From the NCBI RefSeq assembly GCF_009834535.1, contig NC_045696.1:74526001-74590000 (forward strand): a stretch of DNA of 64,000 nt, in the 5' to 3' direction. Below, one piece after another: positions 24,516-36,639 of the stretch (positions are counted from its first letter, which is position 1; each line of letters begins with the position of its first letter). Origin of the DNA: Camelus ferus. Lineage: Eukaryota. A program made the position numbers and the translations under genes. Below the pieces are notes generated by a model that ran no database searches, had not been told where the DNA came from, and saw only the letters and a list, made by a program, of their open reading frames with translations.

Positions 24516-27293
24516 TACATCCCAAGTTTTAATGGCTACCTACCATTGTTATCATCAGCAAGCTACTTTAAAAATGAAAATGGATTGCAAACAATAGTTC
24601 ATTTCTGGTGTAAGAAGATAATTTACTACCTGTAGGGTATAAAAAAAATAAGCTACCAAAATTCCAGAACAGCTAGGAAAATCATCAATACATAAAATGC
24701 CCTCGGTCATGTCTAAAATGTTAAAAATTCAAATACGTTTCAGGTTTCTCTGAAATTGATTAGGAATAGAAAAAAAAAAGGAGTGTTAATTGCAGTTACT
24801 TGAATGAAGTCTGGATTTTGAGACCGGGAGAAAATTGATTGTGCTAAAAGTAGTCTTCTGTAATTAAACAAAACTATGCTGTGCACTTTAATTAGTCAGC
24901 AGAACTTATTCTAAGTGGTAACAGTCCTGGTGTATCTCATTAAATTAGAGCCTGGCAGCCCCACCTCAACTGGGGTTCTTGCCACAGCAGTCTTATTTAT
25001 GCATCTACTGCTCTAATTTGAAACTGCAGGAAAGGTGATGCATCCTTTGGTAATCCAGATGTACACATTATAAAATCTTCATTCTGTCGTTCAAAAGACT
25101 TGTAATAGCTTTAGATTCCAAGGAGTCTCACTAGGGGAACATAACTGCCTTAGAAAGTACTTGAAGTCATTGGCATTTCACATCTTCCATCAGGAGGCTT
25201 GGGAAAGTCAGTAAACATTATAAAATTCATTTGATAGATTTCTCTTTACTTCTCTGCAGACAAGCTGAACCTAAATCTTTGAAAAGCTATTCAAGAAAAT
25301 GAATCTCCTCAGTATCTAAATGTGCAGATTTTATGGTATTTTTAAAAAGGAAAGATAATTTTGCTTTGTACTGTTTTTTTAACCTTTTTAAAATTATAAA
25401 GGCAGTGCATACTTACAGAAAATTCAGGAAGTGCAGAAAAGCATAAAAAAGCAGGAAAAACATCACCATCATCCCTTCATTCAAAGACAGAATACTCTTA
25501 ACATGGTAGGATATTTCCTTCCAGTCTTCTATCTCGCTGTTGAATATCTGAGATCATTCTGTTTGCATAATTTGGTATTCTACGAGAAAGACTCACCGAA
25601 AAAGAAATCTTGAATTTTATTCCTAACCTTAACCTGGATAAGGGGTAGCCATTCCATGGGGCTTCTAGCATCTCAGCACAGATTGTCAAGATGCCTGCTG
25701 CCCTGAGCCTTTGTTGAGGGAGGCCTCCACTGGAGGGACAGGACCCATTTCTGGGGTAGGAATAAGTATTCTGGACATAATAAAAGACAAGAACAAGAAG
25801 TACTGTTTATTTAGTAGCCTGGGATTAATCACATTGGGTTGACCCTTTTTCCTTGCACGTTTGTATTCAGAAGAAATAAGCTTACAATTACTATTCAGAG
25901 CAACTTTGAAGAAGAGGTCCCACCACCAAGCAACCACCACCCAGGCATGAGGGTGGAGTAGAGAGAGAGGCTGGGAGGATTAGATGGTTAAAAGTACAAC
26001 CGTGATGCGACAGTGACAAACCACAGGATTTAGCATCATAGAAATTGAGATTTGCAGAGAAACTGGATCCCAGTCCCAGACTCGGGTGTTCAGGGAATAC
26101 CAATTTCTTTGTTTTCTTTAAAGGAAGAGGTAGTTTCCAAGCATCTATCTTACCAAACTGGCAGGTAACTTAGTCTCAGGCACCAAATCTGGAAGGCGTA
26201 TGAGATGCCAGAGAACAAAGACAGAGCCTCTACCCTGTGTCTGCCATGCTGACTGCTGACAGCCAACCAAGCCCCCAGTGGTTCCTTGAATTCCAGTTTC
26301 TCTCCATTTCCCTACCATATGGGGATCAGAGTTCCCAGCACAGCCTCTCTCATCCTCTTGGAGGCTGGGCAGATTTGCCAGGGAAATACCTAAAAGCCAA
26401 GCATCATCTCCCACTCATCTCAGAACCTACCTCCTTCCTTCTCTTTCCCCACCCCTGGGAAGTTCCCCTTCCCCTCTTCAGTACTTTAAGATACCTGTCC
26501 CTTGTCCCCCTGTCCAGGACACCTAAAGTACCCCCTTCAGGCTTCATAAAATAGAAACCAATCAGGGACAGATCTTGCAGAAAAATTCTGCTTCAGTCCA
26601 GGAACACACACGTTCCTCAAAATAAAGGAGAGAAAACGGTCGGTTTCCCTTTTGGAAGATGTAGAGAAAAATTATAAATAGAAAAATACAAAGTAATATT
26701 TTTCAAAACATCATCCTGCCATAGAAAAGATTCAGTTGAGTTCATAGCCAAAGCCATCAGCACCAGGAGCCCATGTCTGCCATAAGGTGATGAACATGGG
26801 CTTACACTGTGGTTTAAACCCTGTGCAATCCCAGCTTTACAACCAGAACCCTCTAGGGTCTGTTTTCTCTTTGCACAGTGCTTGGCAAAGTGTAGGGTCA
26901 ACCAGTGTTGCTTCCCTTGTCCATGGCAGCTGCCTCGCCAGGCACTGCCCAGCCAGTCCCAAAGCAGTTGCTCTTAATTCCTCATATCCTAGGAGCAACT
27001 CTAGGGAAGACCACCCCTCCCCTAATTTGTGCCTGGTACCCACACTTGAAACTGTTCAGTAATGGATTTTTAGCTGAATTTGGCATAAGTCACAACTAAT
27101 CAAGTTCACCTTGACCACCAAGTACCCTCCAGAAGCTCTTCAACCATGAGTATCATTGGACGTGGCCAGTTTGCACATTTTATTCCTCCTCAGAACTCAT
27201 GTTGACCGATGAAGAAAACTGTCTCTCTGAAAATAAACCAAATGATATGGCATGTTCTTAAATCCATCTCTCTTCATTTTTCCTGTCTCCTAG

Positions 27294-27410
27294 TCAGATA
27301 CAGAGTTTTGGGATAAGATGCAAGCAGAATGGGAAGAAATGGCCCGGAGGAACTGGATCTCCGAGAACCAGGAAGCTCAGAACCAAGTTACAATCTCAGC
27401 CAGCGAGAAG
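27294..27410 (+). CDS. PEX5L: PEX5L/TRIP8b internal coding exon (SDTEFWDKMQAEWEEMARRNWISENQEAQNQVTISASEK), within the HCN CNBD-binding core region
   Basis: Pyrimidine tract ending ctcctag at 27293 and GT donor at 27411. Length 117 nt, phase 0/0. The translation matches the recalled TRIP8b sequence. Confidence 0.96.
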
Positions 27411-29603
27411 GTGCCCGTTTCTCTTCTTACATATGCTGACCGGTTTTCTCAGCCTCTTTTGATCGTATTTTTATAAAGTGGCTGGTAACTATTTTGTGAA
27501 ACATTCAAGAATTAAACAAAAAATTTAATGTCAATCTGACCTAGGAGAAATTCTGGTAGATAAACAGTATAATCATCCGGCATGTGAAGGCAGCAAAGCT
27601 GGAATGGAATTCTCATCTTCATCAATGTGCAGACAGGCGGCTTGGCAGCCAACCAGAGCTTGGATCTTGACAGCTGGCCAGCTCCTGAACTAACGTGGAG
27701 GGTGGGTTGGAGCAAGAACTGGGCTAATCTCGCCAGGCTTTTTGTCAGTCCGCCGCGTGACCCATGTTGAAGAGCTGACGGAAGTGGTATCAGTGGGCAG
27801 GGGAGTGAAGAGGGGGCTCAGGGCTGTATTTCACAGGTGGTCTCTATGCAGCTAGCAAAAAAGTCCATGGAAAAGATGCCCTTCCCACAACCAGGTCAAG
27901 TTTCAGGGGGATTCCTCAGAGCTATTTCCCTGACGAGAGGCCCAGCACATGTGTGAGTCCAGAGCAACCAGCCAAACTATCCGCGAAGGTCCCAGTTGCT
28001 CTAGGATTTATGCTTTTCAAAGCACTTGGGGGGAAAAAAAACTCACTTGAGACAAGTTTAAATGACTTGAAAGCTAGAAAGAGATGTGGAATTTTCTTAC
28101 ACAGGGAAAATATATGTGTATAGGTTTGTGTTACAGTTTTTTCTGGTGGAGAAACTCCAATACTCGGTTCTGGATAACTTTCGTGATACTCAGTTCAATG
28201 CAACAAATGTTCATTGAGTGTTTTTTTCTAGATGCTGGGGATTATGATGAATAGTCTGATTTTAGGGGACTAGCCATCTACATAGTCATTAAAATGCCTT
28301 CCTCTTCCCAGTATTCTTTGTCCCACAATACTCCAGGCAATCTCCTAAAATCAGAACAACCATCTCATTAAAAATAATTTTTTTCCACAAAGAAATCAAA
28401 ACTAAGTGAGACAAGAAAACATTGATGCACAACATCAGTCTCTGGGTTCTAATCCATGCACATGAGGGAGACATGGCCAGGGCCCCAGATCCCTAACACC
28501 ACTGCATGCGCTGGTCACACCCTGTGGATTCTGACAAAGGGTTTTGTCTTTCTAAGCACGTATGGAGAATGAAGGTCTCCATTTGATGTATTTTAAAAAC
28601 CTTAGTAGCATCATCAACAGACTAGCTTATTTGTATCTATCATATTGGAAGGATTTTATGATCATCTCTGCTTAATGCTGCAACAAATAATATCTCTGAT
28701 ACTTCTGCTGAGAGTGTAAGTCGGGACATACATTCTCAACAACAGTTCAGTTACACGTATCAAGGGCCTCAAAACAGCTCATAGCCTTTAGTGTGTTAAA
28801 TCTCTCTAGAAGTCTGTCCTAAGGTAATAACCATACGCAAAGGTTTGAGCATGAGGCTTTCACTGTAACTTTATTTAGGATGACAAAAAAATAAATTGGA
28901 AGTAACCTGAATGTCCATCAAAAGGGAATTGATTAAATAATTTTTAGCATAATATAATTTTAATAACTAAAACTAAGGCTTAAGCTATAAGTATGAACGG
29001 ATTTGTTTAATTTATATACATATAGAAAAATACTAGTTGATTATTTGTACATTCTGTATTGCTTAAATTTTTACAATAAAAAAAGGTCTATAAGTTTTAA
29101 AACATGCATTCTCAGTGGAGCAACAAATGGTTTGAGGCATAGAAGGTGAAAAAAAATCTTAGCTGTCACAATGGTTTGTAGCCCTCCTAAGGACCACTAT
29201 ATATATGCAGATGTACAGTATGTGGTAGGCTGAGTGGCAGCACTTAGCAAAAATATGTCCCCAAAGTCAGTATTTTTTAAATCCTGGGGGGAAACAGCTA
29301 AAGTAACAAGAACAAAAGAAATATCAGAAGGAACACAAACTCTAAAATGTTAGCAGCAGTAATATTTAGGCGGCAGCATTATGGGTAACTTTTTGTTTCT
29401 TTTTATATTCAATAACAGAATGTTATCTAACATTTACCCAGTGAAAATGTACTACAGTCATAAAAAGGAAAAACATCAATTTCATTGAAATTAATTAAAT
29501 AATTTAAATAAATAAAATCAATTCAGATTTGAAAAGAACTGACTGGATGTAACAATGAAGAGATAAATCAGTGGATCCGTGTTGGCCCTTCCCTGTGTTG
29601 TAG

Positions 29604-29747
29604 GGGTATTACTTTCACACTGAAAACCCCTTCAAGGACTGGCCGGGAGCGTTTGAAGAAGGCTTAAAAAGGCTGAAGGAAGGAGACCTGCCAGTCACCA
29701 TCCTGTTCATGGAGGCAGCAATTCTTCAGGACCCCGGAGATGCAGAG
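29604..29747 (+). CDS. PEX5L: PEX5L coding exon (GYYFHTENPFKDWPGAFEEGLKRLKEGDLPVTILFMEAAILQDPGDAE), start of the TPR domain
   Basis: tgttgtag acceptor, GT donor at 29748, 144 nt in frame. Confidence 0.97.
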
Positions 29748-30059
29748 GTACCATTTCCTTCCATCCCTCCAGGCTCAGGAAGGGGTTTGCTGTGCTAACA
29801 AGGGACAGAGCTCTACTGGGTGGCATTTTTATCAGTGTAAAGCTTCCCAGAGAAGTTAACCTGGCTTAGTCAGATAGGTGTTTGAAAGTTACATATAGGT
29901 AGGTACCTGTTTTTTAATGAAATCTATGGTCCCCCAAAATAAAGGGTGGGGACAAGAAATGAAAAATCAAAACTGCCAACCTGGAGGCTCAGTGCAGGTT
30001 TTCGGGGGGCAGACTGGAGTTCTGTCTGGGTCTAGAGCCACACTACATCTCACCCTTGA

Positions 30060-30620
30060 TTTACTCAGTCAACATTCACTGAGCACATACCATGTCCCAA
30101 GAATTGTGCCAGGCATTGGCTTAAAATATTGAAGAGCTAGAAAAAAATGGAACAGTTGAAAAGACACATTGGTGATCCACATGGAAGACAAGTAGGTAAA
30201 TCAATGCAGTGTAATCAATGCAACGTCAGAGGATGCACAGGACACTAGGAGAGCAGAGAGCGAGGATCCTGCCCCAGGTTTCCCCGACAAGCTGAGATTG
30301 GAAGGAGAGAGAATCAAAGACAGCAGGGGAATCAGCTGTTGTTAAGAGAGAATGGTTCGTGGGTGGGCAGAGGGACAGAAAACATCAGGTCCGTGGGGAG
30401 AAGGGAGGAGACAGTGGCAAGAGGAGGCAAGAAGACATAGGCAAGATTTTGAACTTCAGCCGGAAAGCCCCGGGGAGCCACCGTGGGAGAAGGACAGGAC
30501 CAGATCTGCATGTTAGAACAGCCCCTTGCTTGCTCTGAGGTGTGAAGGGTGCTTGGAGAGGGAGGCTGGGAGACCACCAAAGAGGCTTCTGCAGTTTTAT
30601 CTTGGTCCACAACATTTCTC
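30060..30620 (-). mobile_element. L2 LINE fragment
   Basis: Reverse L2 3' end actcagtcaacattcactgagcacataccatgtcccaagaattgtgccaggc. Confidence 0.65.
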
Positions 30621-30739
30621 AAACTGTGAAGGCCTATCAGATGCTGGCAGGTAAAAGGGCTTTTTTCATTTGTGAGTGGTTTTCAGGAAACATAAGGGAT
30701 ATTCCCAGAGGAATTTGCAGAAACGTATGTAGTGCTGAG

Positions 30740-31000
30740 AAGGCAGTACAGAATCATGGTTAAGCTTTGAAGCTCTGCTGTCCTAACTGTGTGGGTTCAA
30801 ACCCCCACTCTACCACTTGGCAGCCATGAGCCATGCCATCTAGGATAAGCCATTTAAACCCTCTAAGCTTCAGTTTCCTCACATGTAAAATGGAAATCAC
30901 GGTTATAACTATCTCACTGCGTATTGTGAGGATTAAATTCGTTCATACAAATAAAGTGCTCAGTTCAGTGCCTGGTACATATTTAGCCTTCATTATTATT
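30740..31000 (+). mobile_element. MIR SINE, near full length
   Basis: ggcagtacagaatcatggttaag...cagtttcctcacatgtaaaatgg...gtgcctggtacata. Confidence 0.85.
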
Positions 31001-31770
31001 ATTGGTTGTACTTAGTTTGTATAGAAATTACAAGTAAACTGATCATTAGATAAAGCTCCTAGTATCTTGTTAGCCAAAATGTTGATAGTGAAATGAGATT
31101 GAAATGAGAACTGGAATTCTGAATCAAAATACTACAATTTTTAAAAGATCTATCATTTGGGAAAAGAAAATCATTGCATTGATAGGAAACTACAACCCAC
31201 CCCACACCCCCAACAAAACAATGTCATCTTACATTTCTACACGCTATGTGTTTTCATATATATTATGTCATTTGACACAACCACGCTGGGAAGATTTTTT
31301 GTTAAGGTATACATTATTATCCCTGATTCATGACTGAGAAAATGAGGGCACTTGGTAACTAATGGATCCTAGACAAGGAAGGACCCAAGGCTTCTGAATC
31401 AATGGAGACCGCAAGGCTAAGATAATAGATGATCTGTGAACAGTCAAAATGATACCACACCCAAAGGCTAGGAGGATGCCCCAGAGAAAGACTGCTTTAT
31501 CAGTCTTTTCTTAAGAAGCATTGTGAGATGTGTGGAAGGTGAAATCAAAATAGAGACTGCTCTGTATAGATTCGAAAGATTAAAAATTATCACTGTTATT
31601 CTGGAGAGGGGTGAATAATTAGTATTTTCTTTGAGTTTTTATGGTATGTGTAATAATAACCCATGAGGGGAAAAGCCAATACAACTTTTACAGCCCTTCA
31701 AGATGACTCTGTTTTCATATAGTTCTGCTTTAAAATGTTCATAGCGTTGATTCTCAAAGGCGGAAGAGCT

Positions 31771-31834
31771 ATACAAACCTTTTAAAATCCCTAAGATTCC
31801 GATACAAATCTTTTTAAATCCCTAAGACTGATAC
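31771..31834. repeat. Tandem duplication of a ~30-bp unit
   Basis: atacaaaccttttaaaatccctaagattccg followed by atacaaatctttttaaatccctaagactg and atac. Confidence 0.8.
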
Positions 31835-32707
31835 GCCCCCAGCAAATGTGAGAACAATGTGTGTAAGGAGAGATTTTGTTGGTGCGTATTGTTCTTGTAA
31901 TGGTGTGAGAATTACGGTTCTTACAAGGATAAAAGTACAAATTTGTTCCATTAAAAATTTCCATGAAAAATCTGCCTGAAGATATTCTTCACATTATTGA
32001 CAACAGCAAAGGACTGGAAACAACTTAGAGCAACAAGGGAATTGGTTAGGGAAATAATGGGATATCAGTTTAACAAAATTTAAATTAAAAATTATAAATA
32101 GGGGATTTTATAAAAACATGAAAGTGCTTATGATACAGTATGAAGTGTAAATGTAGGCTGTAAAATTATATATACATTATATAGCCTTTTCTGTCTTATG
32201 CTTTTTAACAATGACTAATATTAAGTAGTGAACACATTGTCGAGGGGTTGTTTTGTTTCCCCTGGTTCCTAAATTTCCTGTTACCTCTTCTAATACCTGC
32301 TTGACTTTCATTTATACAAGCTAACTTTGTACATCTTGAGATTCCTTATTGTAAACTTTAGGCTATTTAGCTACATTTCTGAGTTATTTTTCTACCTCTT
32401 TTCCTAACAGATGCATAGTTTTATCTATTTATCTTTTGGTTTTAAGACCTAATATCACGAAACCTCAGAAACTCAGGTTCCCATGGGGAATAAATACTGC
32501 AAATTTGTAAGTGACAGAGAATCTTAACCCAGATGTCCCAAGAGAGTTTGAATGAAGAAATGCATGTGATATTTTTCCCTTTTACAAGGCTCTCACATCC
32601 AAGACAGGTTGCTCTGCATAGAGGGATCTGTCACATGTAAACAAACCAACAAAAGCATGTGAGTGATTCTGCTCCTCTTGCAATGTTGACATGGGTTGTT
32701 TTTGCAG

Positions 32708-32778
32708 GCTTGGCAGTTCCTCGGGATAACCCAAGCAGAGAATGAAAACGAACAAGCAGCGATTGTTGCCCTCCAGAG
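32708..32778 (+). CDS. PEX5L: PEX5L coding exon (AWQFLGITQAENENEQAAIVALQR), TPR
   Basis: tttttgcag acceptor, gtaggt donor, 71 nt, phase 0/2. Confidence 0.97.
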
Positions 32779-33394
32779 GTAGGTGAAGCTAAGTGCAAAC
32801 TCATGGGCCTGGTCACTCGTAAATGGACTTGCTGTTGTTTCAGATTTGTCTTTTGACCCTTAAGTACATTGTAAAGAATTTGACCAGATGCCAAGTATTA
32901 CTTAGACTTAGCTCTGGAAAGCAAGAACTTATGAAGAAACCATGTTTCGAAGTCATAGTGTTTTACCATCTACAAATCAATTGACCTTCATTGGCACAAG
33001 AGAATCTATGTCAAAAGCAGCCATAAAATAGATTCACTGAATCAATAGTTCCTTTTAACATTCCAGACTTCGGCAGCACCTGAAAGTTTTGTTCGGGAAA
33101 AACATACTCAAAATAATCTCATTATAATTTAGGTCCACATGTCTACGGAGAATCTCCTGAGATAGTTTCAGCAGCCGGAAAGTATAACTTCTGAGCCCCT
33201 GACTAATGGTCTAGACCACTTTGGGTGGGTGTAGCATCTCGTCTTACTTGATTAGAGCCCCTATTTAAATCCTGGAAAAATAGTCCCTACCAAATAAACT
33301 TTCACTTCCCCTACCATTTCTTATAAAAAAGTAAATATGTAGATATAAATATATAGATATAATCTCTTCCTAAATAACTGATACAGGTACTACG

Positions 33395-33568
33395 TAGGGC
33401 TTGCTCATCAAAGTCTTATCCAGGGACTACCAGCATCTCATCACCTGGGAGCTCAACAGACCTGCACGGCCTCAGGCTGCCCTTGCCCCAGGCCTGCTGT
33501 ATCAGATTCTGTATTTTACCAGATCCCCAGATGATTCTCATGCACATCAACGATTGAAAAGCCCTTGC
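33395..33568. mobile_element. MER5A-like hAT MITE
   Basis: accagcatctcatcacctgggagct...agatgattctcatgcacatcaacgattgaaaagc. Confidence 0.75.
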
Positions 33569-34114
33569 CAGAGGCCAGTGGAATAGCATGAGGGGGAGCA
33601 GTGATAGCCTGTGCCTCCTAAATCCACATCTGGAAACAAGGGAATCCCCTCTCCTTTACAAAACACTGTGCTGTCTTCTATCTCTGAATGTCCAGTATTA
33701 GTTCAAGTCAGTTTGCTTTGTGGATAAGATACATTTAATATATTGATAGTAAGCAGCATTAAAATAGTGGTATTCCCTACTTCTCATTAGATACACTTTA
33801 TAGCTACTAATAAATTATGTGCAGGGATTAGCCACATTTTCTACAGTTTTTAAGCCATTTCATTAAAATGACCAAACCTGGCACTCCTCAGGATGAGTTA
33901 TAACTTACTTAAAAATGTACATAGTTCCCAATTTCTATGTAGATAAATGTGCTATTTTCCAGGGATTTAACATAAACTTAGCAATGCTTTTGCACCGTTT
34001 AATTAATACAGACCTCAGATTTTCTAAAGAACTGTTCAGACTCTGGCTCCAAAAAAAAAAAAAATCTGAACTTGGTTTTATTTATTTATTTATTTATTTT
34101 TGGTCTTCTTGCAG

Positions 34115-34312
34115 GTGCTTAGAATTGCAGCCCAACAACTTGAAAGCTTTGATGGCTTTGGCTGTGAGTTACACTAACACTGGCCATCAGCAGGATGCCT
34201 GTGAAGCTTTAAAGAACTGGATTAAACAAAATCCAAAGTACAAATACCTTGTGAAGAGCAAGAAGGGATCTCCAGGCCTCACCCGGCGGATGTCTAAGTC
34301 TCCGGTTGACAG
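34115..34312 (+). CDS. PEX5L: PEX5L coding exon (CLELQPNNLKALMALAVSYTN...RRMSKSPVDS), TPR
   Basis: cttcttgcag acceptor, gtatcc donor, 198 nt, phase 2/2. Visible within track ORF 33915..34325. Confidence 0.97.
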
Positions 34313-34988
34313 GTATCCTCATTAAACTGCATTCATGTACACAGTTAATCACCTTCAGGGCAATTAACGAGCCTCAGGTCCCCACCACCACGCGTTTCAG
34401 GATGGTCTCCAGGACAGCATTCTGCTGAAGTAGCAGCACCAATTTAAAAGATTGATGCTGAGACCAGAGCCAAACGTTGGACACGTGATCTACCCCGTGG
34501 ACACTCACAGACTTTTATCTGAGTATCATTCATCAAAGCCAAATGCTTTGGACATATAACAACCTAAAATAAGTTATAATAAAGACCAATGAGCCAAGTT
34601 TTATAAAGCCTGAGAATTAGATATGGGGAAAAGTGAAAGTCCTTTCTTCTGGGAATTTTATTTCTATCAGCAATAAATCATGACATTAAATTCTTTCTCA
34701 CTGAGGCCTTAGGAAACTTAGCCCTGGAGTTTTCTACACTGGCACTCAGAGGCTCAGTGGAACTCTCCTTGGGAAGACCTTACTTAACACAGTCTTACCT
34801 GTGTACAGCAAAGTATTTCATGAAAATTAGCAGGTATTTTTTAACATGCAGTATTCACAGTCCTCTCATTAAGCTATTTTAAGCAAGATTTTCCCAGTCT
34901 GTAATGTTCTCCTGGAACAGAGAACATAATAGTGAATCATTTATGTTCAGACTATTTGGATAACAAATCTAATTTTTTAACCTTGTAG

Positions 34989-35154
34989 CTCTGTTCTGGA
35001 AGGAGTGAAGGAATTATATCTAGAAGCTGCCCACCAAAATGGAGATATGATTGACCCAGATCTACAGACAGGTCTGGGAGTACTGTTCCACCTGAGCGGA
35101 GAATTTAATAGAGCAATAGATGCATTTAATGCTGCCTTAACTGTTCGGCCAGAG
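34989..35154 (+). CDS. PEX5L: PEX5L coding exon ([55 protein letters not shown]), TPR
   Basis: ccttgtag acceptor, gtaagt donor, 166 nt, phase 2/0. Confidence 0.97.
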
Positions 35155-35542
35155 GTAAGTGCACAGCAAGAAACCATAAGGATCTCTGTTAATTTTCACA
35201 GGCCAGACTTAGGAAACTTCTGCTACATTTTATTTCCCTGAATCCAATGGTTTAAAGTGATCAACACTAATGAGATGCTACCTGGTTGTTAATACTTAAG
35301 TACCTAAAATAGAAACATGAATTGCCTGACCTGACAGCATCAAATGGTAGCTGCTTTCTGAGGAAGGAAAGTCATTTCAGAGGGTGTCCAATAAAGTTTT
35401 TGAGTAATTCACCAGTTGTGGTCCTTGTCCATGAGCACTGGATGATACGTTTTTAGCTATCATCCTTCTCTGGCAGGGGTGTGGGGATGCTCTGTCGCTG
35501 TGGCTTGTATGGGTTGTCAGAGAGCTCTGATTCTGTCATCAG

Positions 35543-35700
35543 GACTATTCATTATGGAATCGTCTGGGGGCGACCTTGGCAAATGGAGACCGCAGCGAGG
35601 AAGCAGTGGAGGCCTACACGCGAGCGCTGGAGATTCAGCCAGGCTTCATCCGGTCCAGATACAACCTGGGGATAAGCTGCATTAACCTGGGAGCCTACAG
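35543..35700 (+). CDS. PEX5L: PEX5L coding exon ([53 protein letters not shown]), TPR
   Basis: catcag acceptor, GT donor at 35701, 158 nt, phase 0/2. Contains the PEX5-family [11 protein letters not shown] and RYNLGISC motifs. Confidence 0.97.
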
Positions 35701-36639
35701 GTGAAGTATGGCAGCAGGGCTGGCAACCAAGAGCCATGCTCGGGGCTGAGGTTGAATGTTTCCCAGTAAAAATACCTCCTTTTGTAGAGTAATCTCGTGT
35801 TAAGGGTAAGTTTCAAACATTCAAGTCGTGTGGCCTGTTGAAGCAGGAACAGTTTGCGTCCCTGTTTCTCAGCCTTGAGAGGGTGGCAGTCATGTGGGCA
35901 CCTTGTGCTGTGTTGATTCCCAGACCCTTCGCTCAGATTCTGATTTGACTGGGGATGAGGATAAGTAATCTGGGTTTTTAACACCCTCAAGGGCAACTCT
36001 TTGAGAAACATGAGCCATCCAACCCTTCATTTCCAGGTAAGGAAAAAAACCATGAAGGTGGGGCAGGGGAACACAGCAAAGTGACTCAGGAAGGTCCCAG
36101 GACTAGTTTTTGGCAAAGCAGAACCAAGAATCCAGGTGTTCTAAGCCTAATTTACTAGTAAAGTTAGTTTTTGGTTTTTTTTTAAAAAGGAAAAAATTAA
36201 ATGGTGGGTTTAGAGCTTGAAATGTCTTTCTCTTTCACTGGTGACGCCTCATTAACCTTCAGGTCTGTATCGTCTGTCTGTTCCCCATTGACATGGACTG
36301 TAAATGACCTTTATTTCTTTGAGGTAATACAAGTGTGGGTGCTTTATTTTCTTCTCTTTTCCTAGTCTTTCTAGGAAATACAGGTATTACTTTCATTGCT
36401 GGGGGGAAAAAAGAGAAATTAATGTTAGGGTTTATATTTTTTGTAGAGTTTAAAACTTGCTCATTCTCAGAAAGAGCCAGGCTTTTAGAATCAGTCAAGC
36501 TTGGGTTCAGATCACAGCCTGCCACTTACTAGTTTTATGGCTCTGGGCACAAAACTTTGAACCTCAGTTTCTTCACTTGCGTTTAAAAAAAAAAGAGAGA
36601 GGTAATAATACCTATCTTGCAAGATTATTTTGCAGGATA

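Noticed and set aside
25235..25340. Cryptic exon after ctctttacttctctgcag (AG ending at 25259)
   Set aside because: All three frames reach a stop within ~15 codons and the donor is poor, so there is no further support.
26758..26778. REST/NRSF RE1 site (TCAGCACC half-site, also at 22481 and 47423)
   Set aside because: The right half GGACAG is missing or wrongly spaced.
1..27293. Additional upstream PEX5L coding exons
   Set aside because: I found no match by eye to the preceding TRIP8b peptide (…SLEEEFERAKAAVE). It presumably lies upstream of the window.
33915..34114. N-terminal extension of ORF 33915..34325 as coding sequence
   Set aside because: It is chance open intron sequence (A-run and TTTA repeats) upstream of the real acceptor at 34114.
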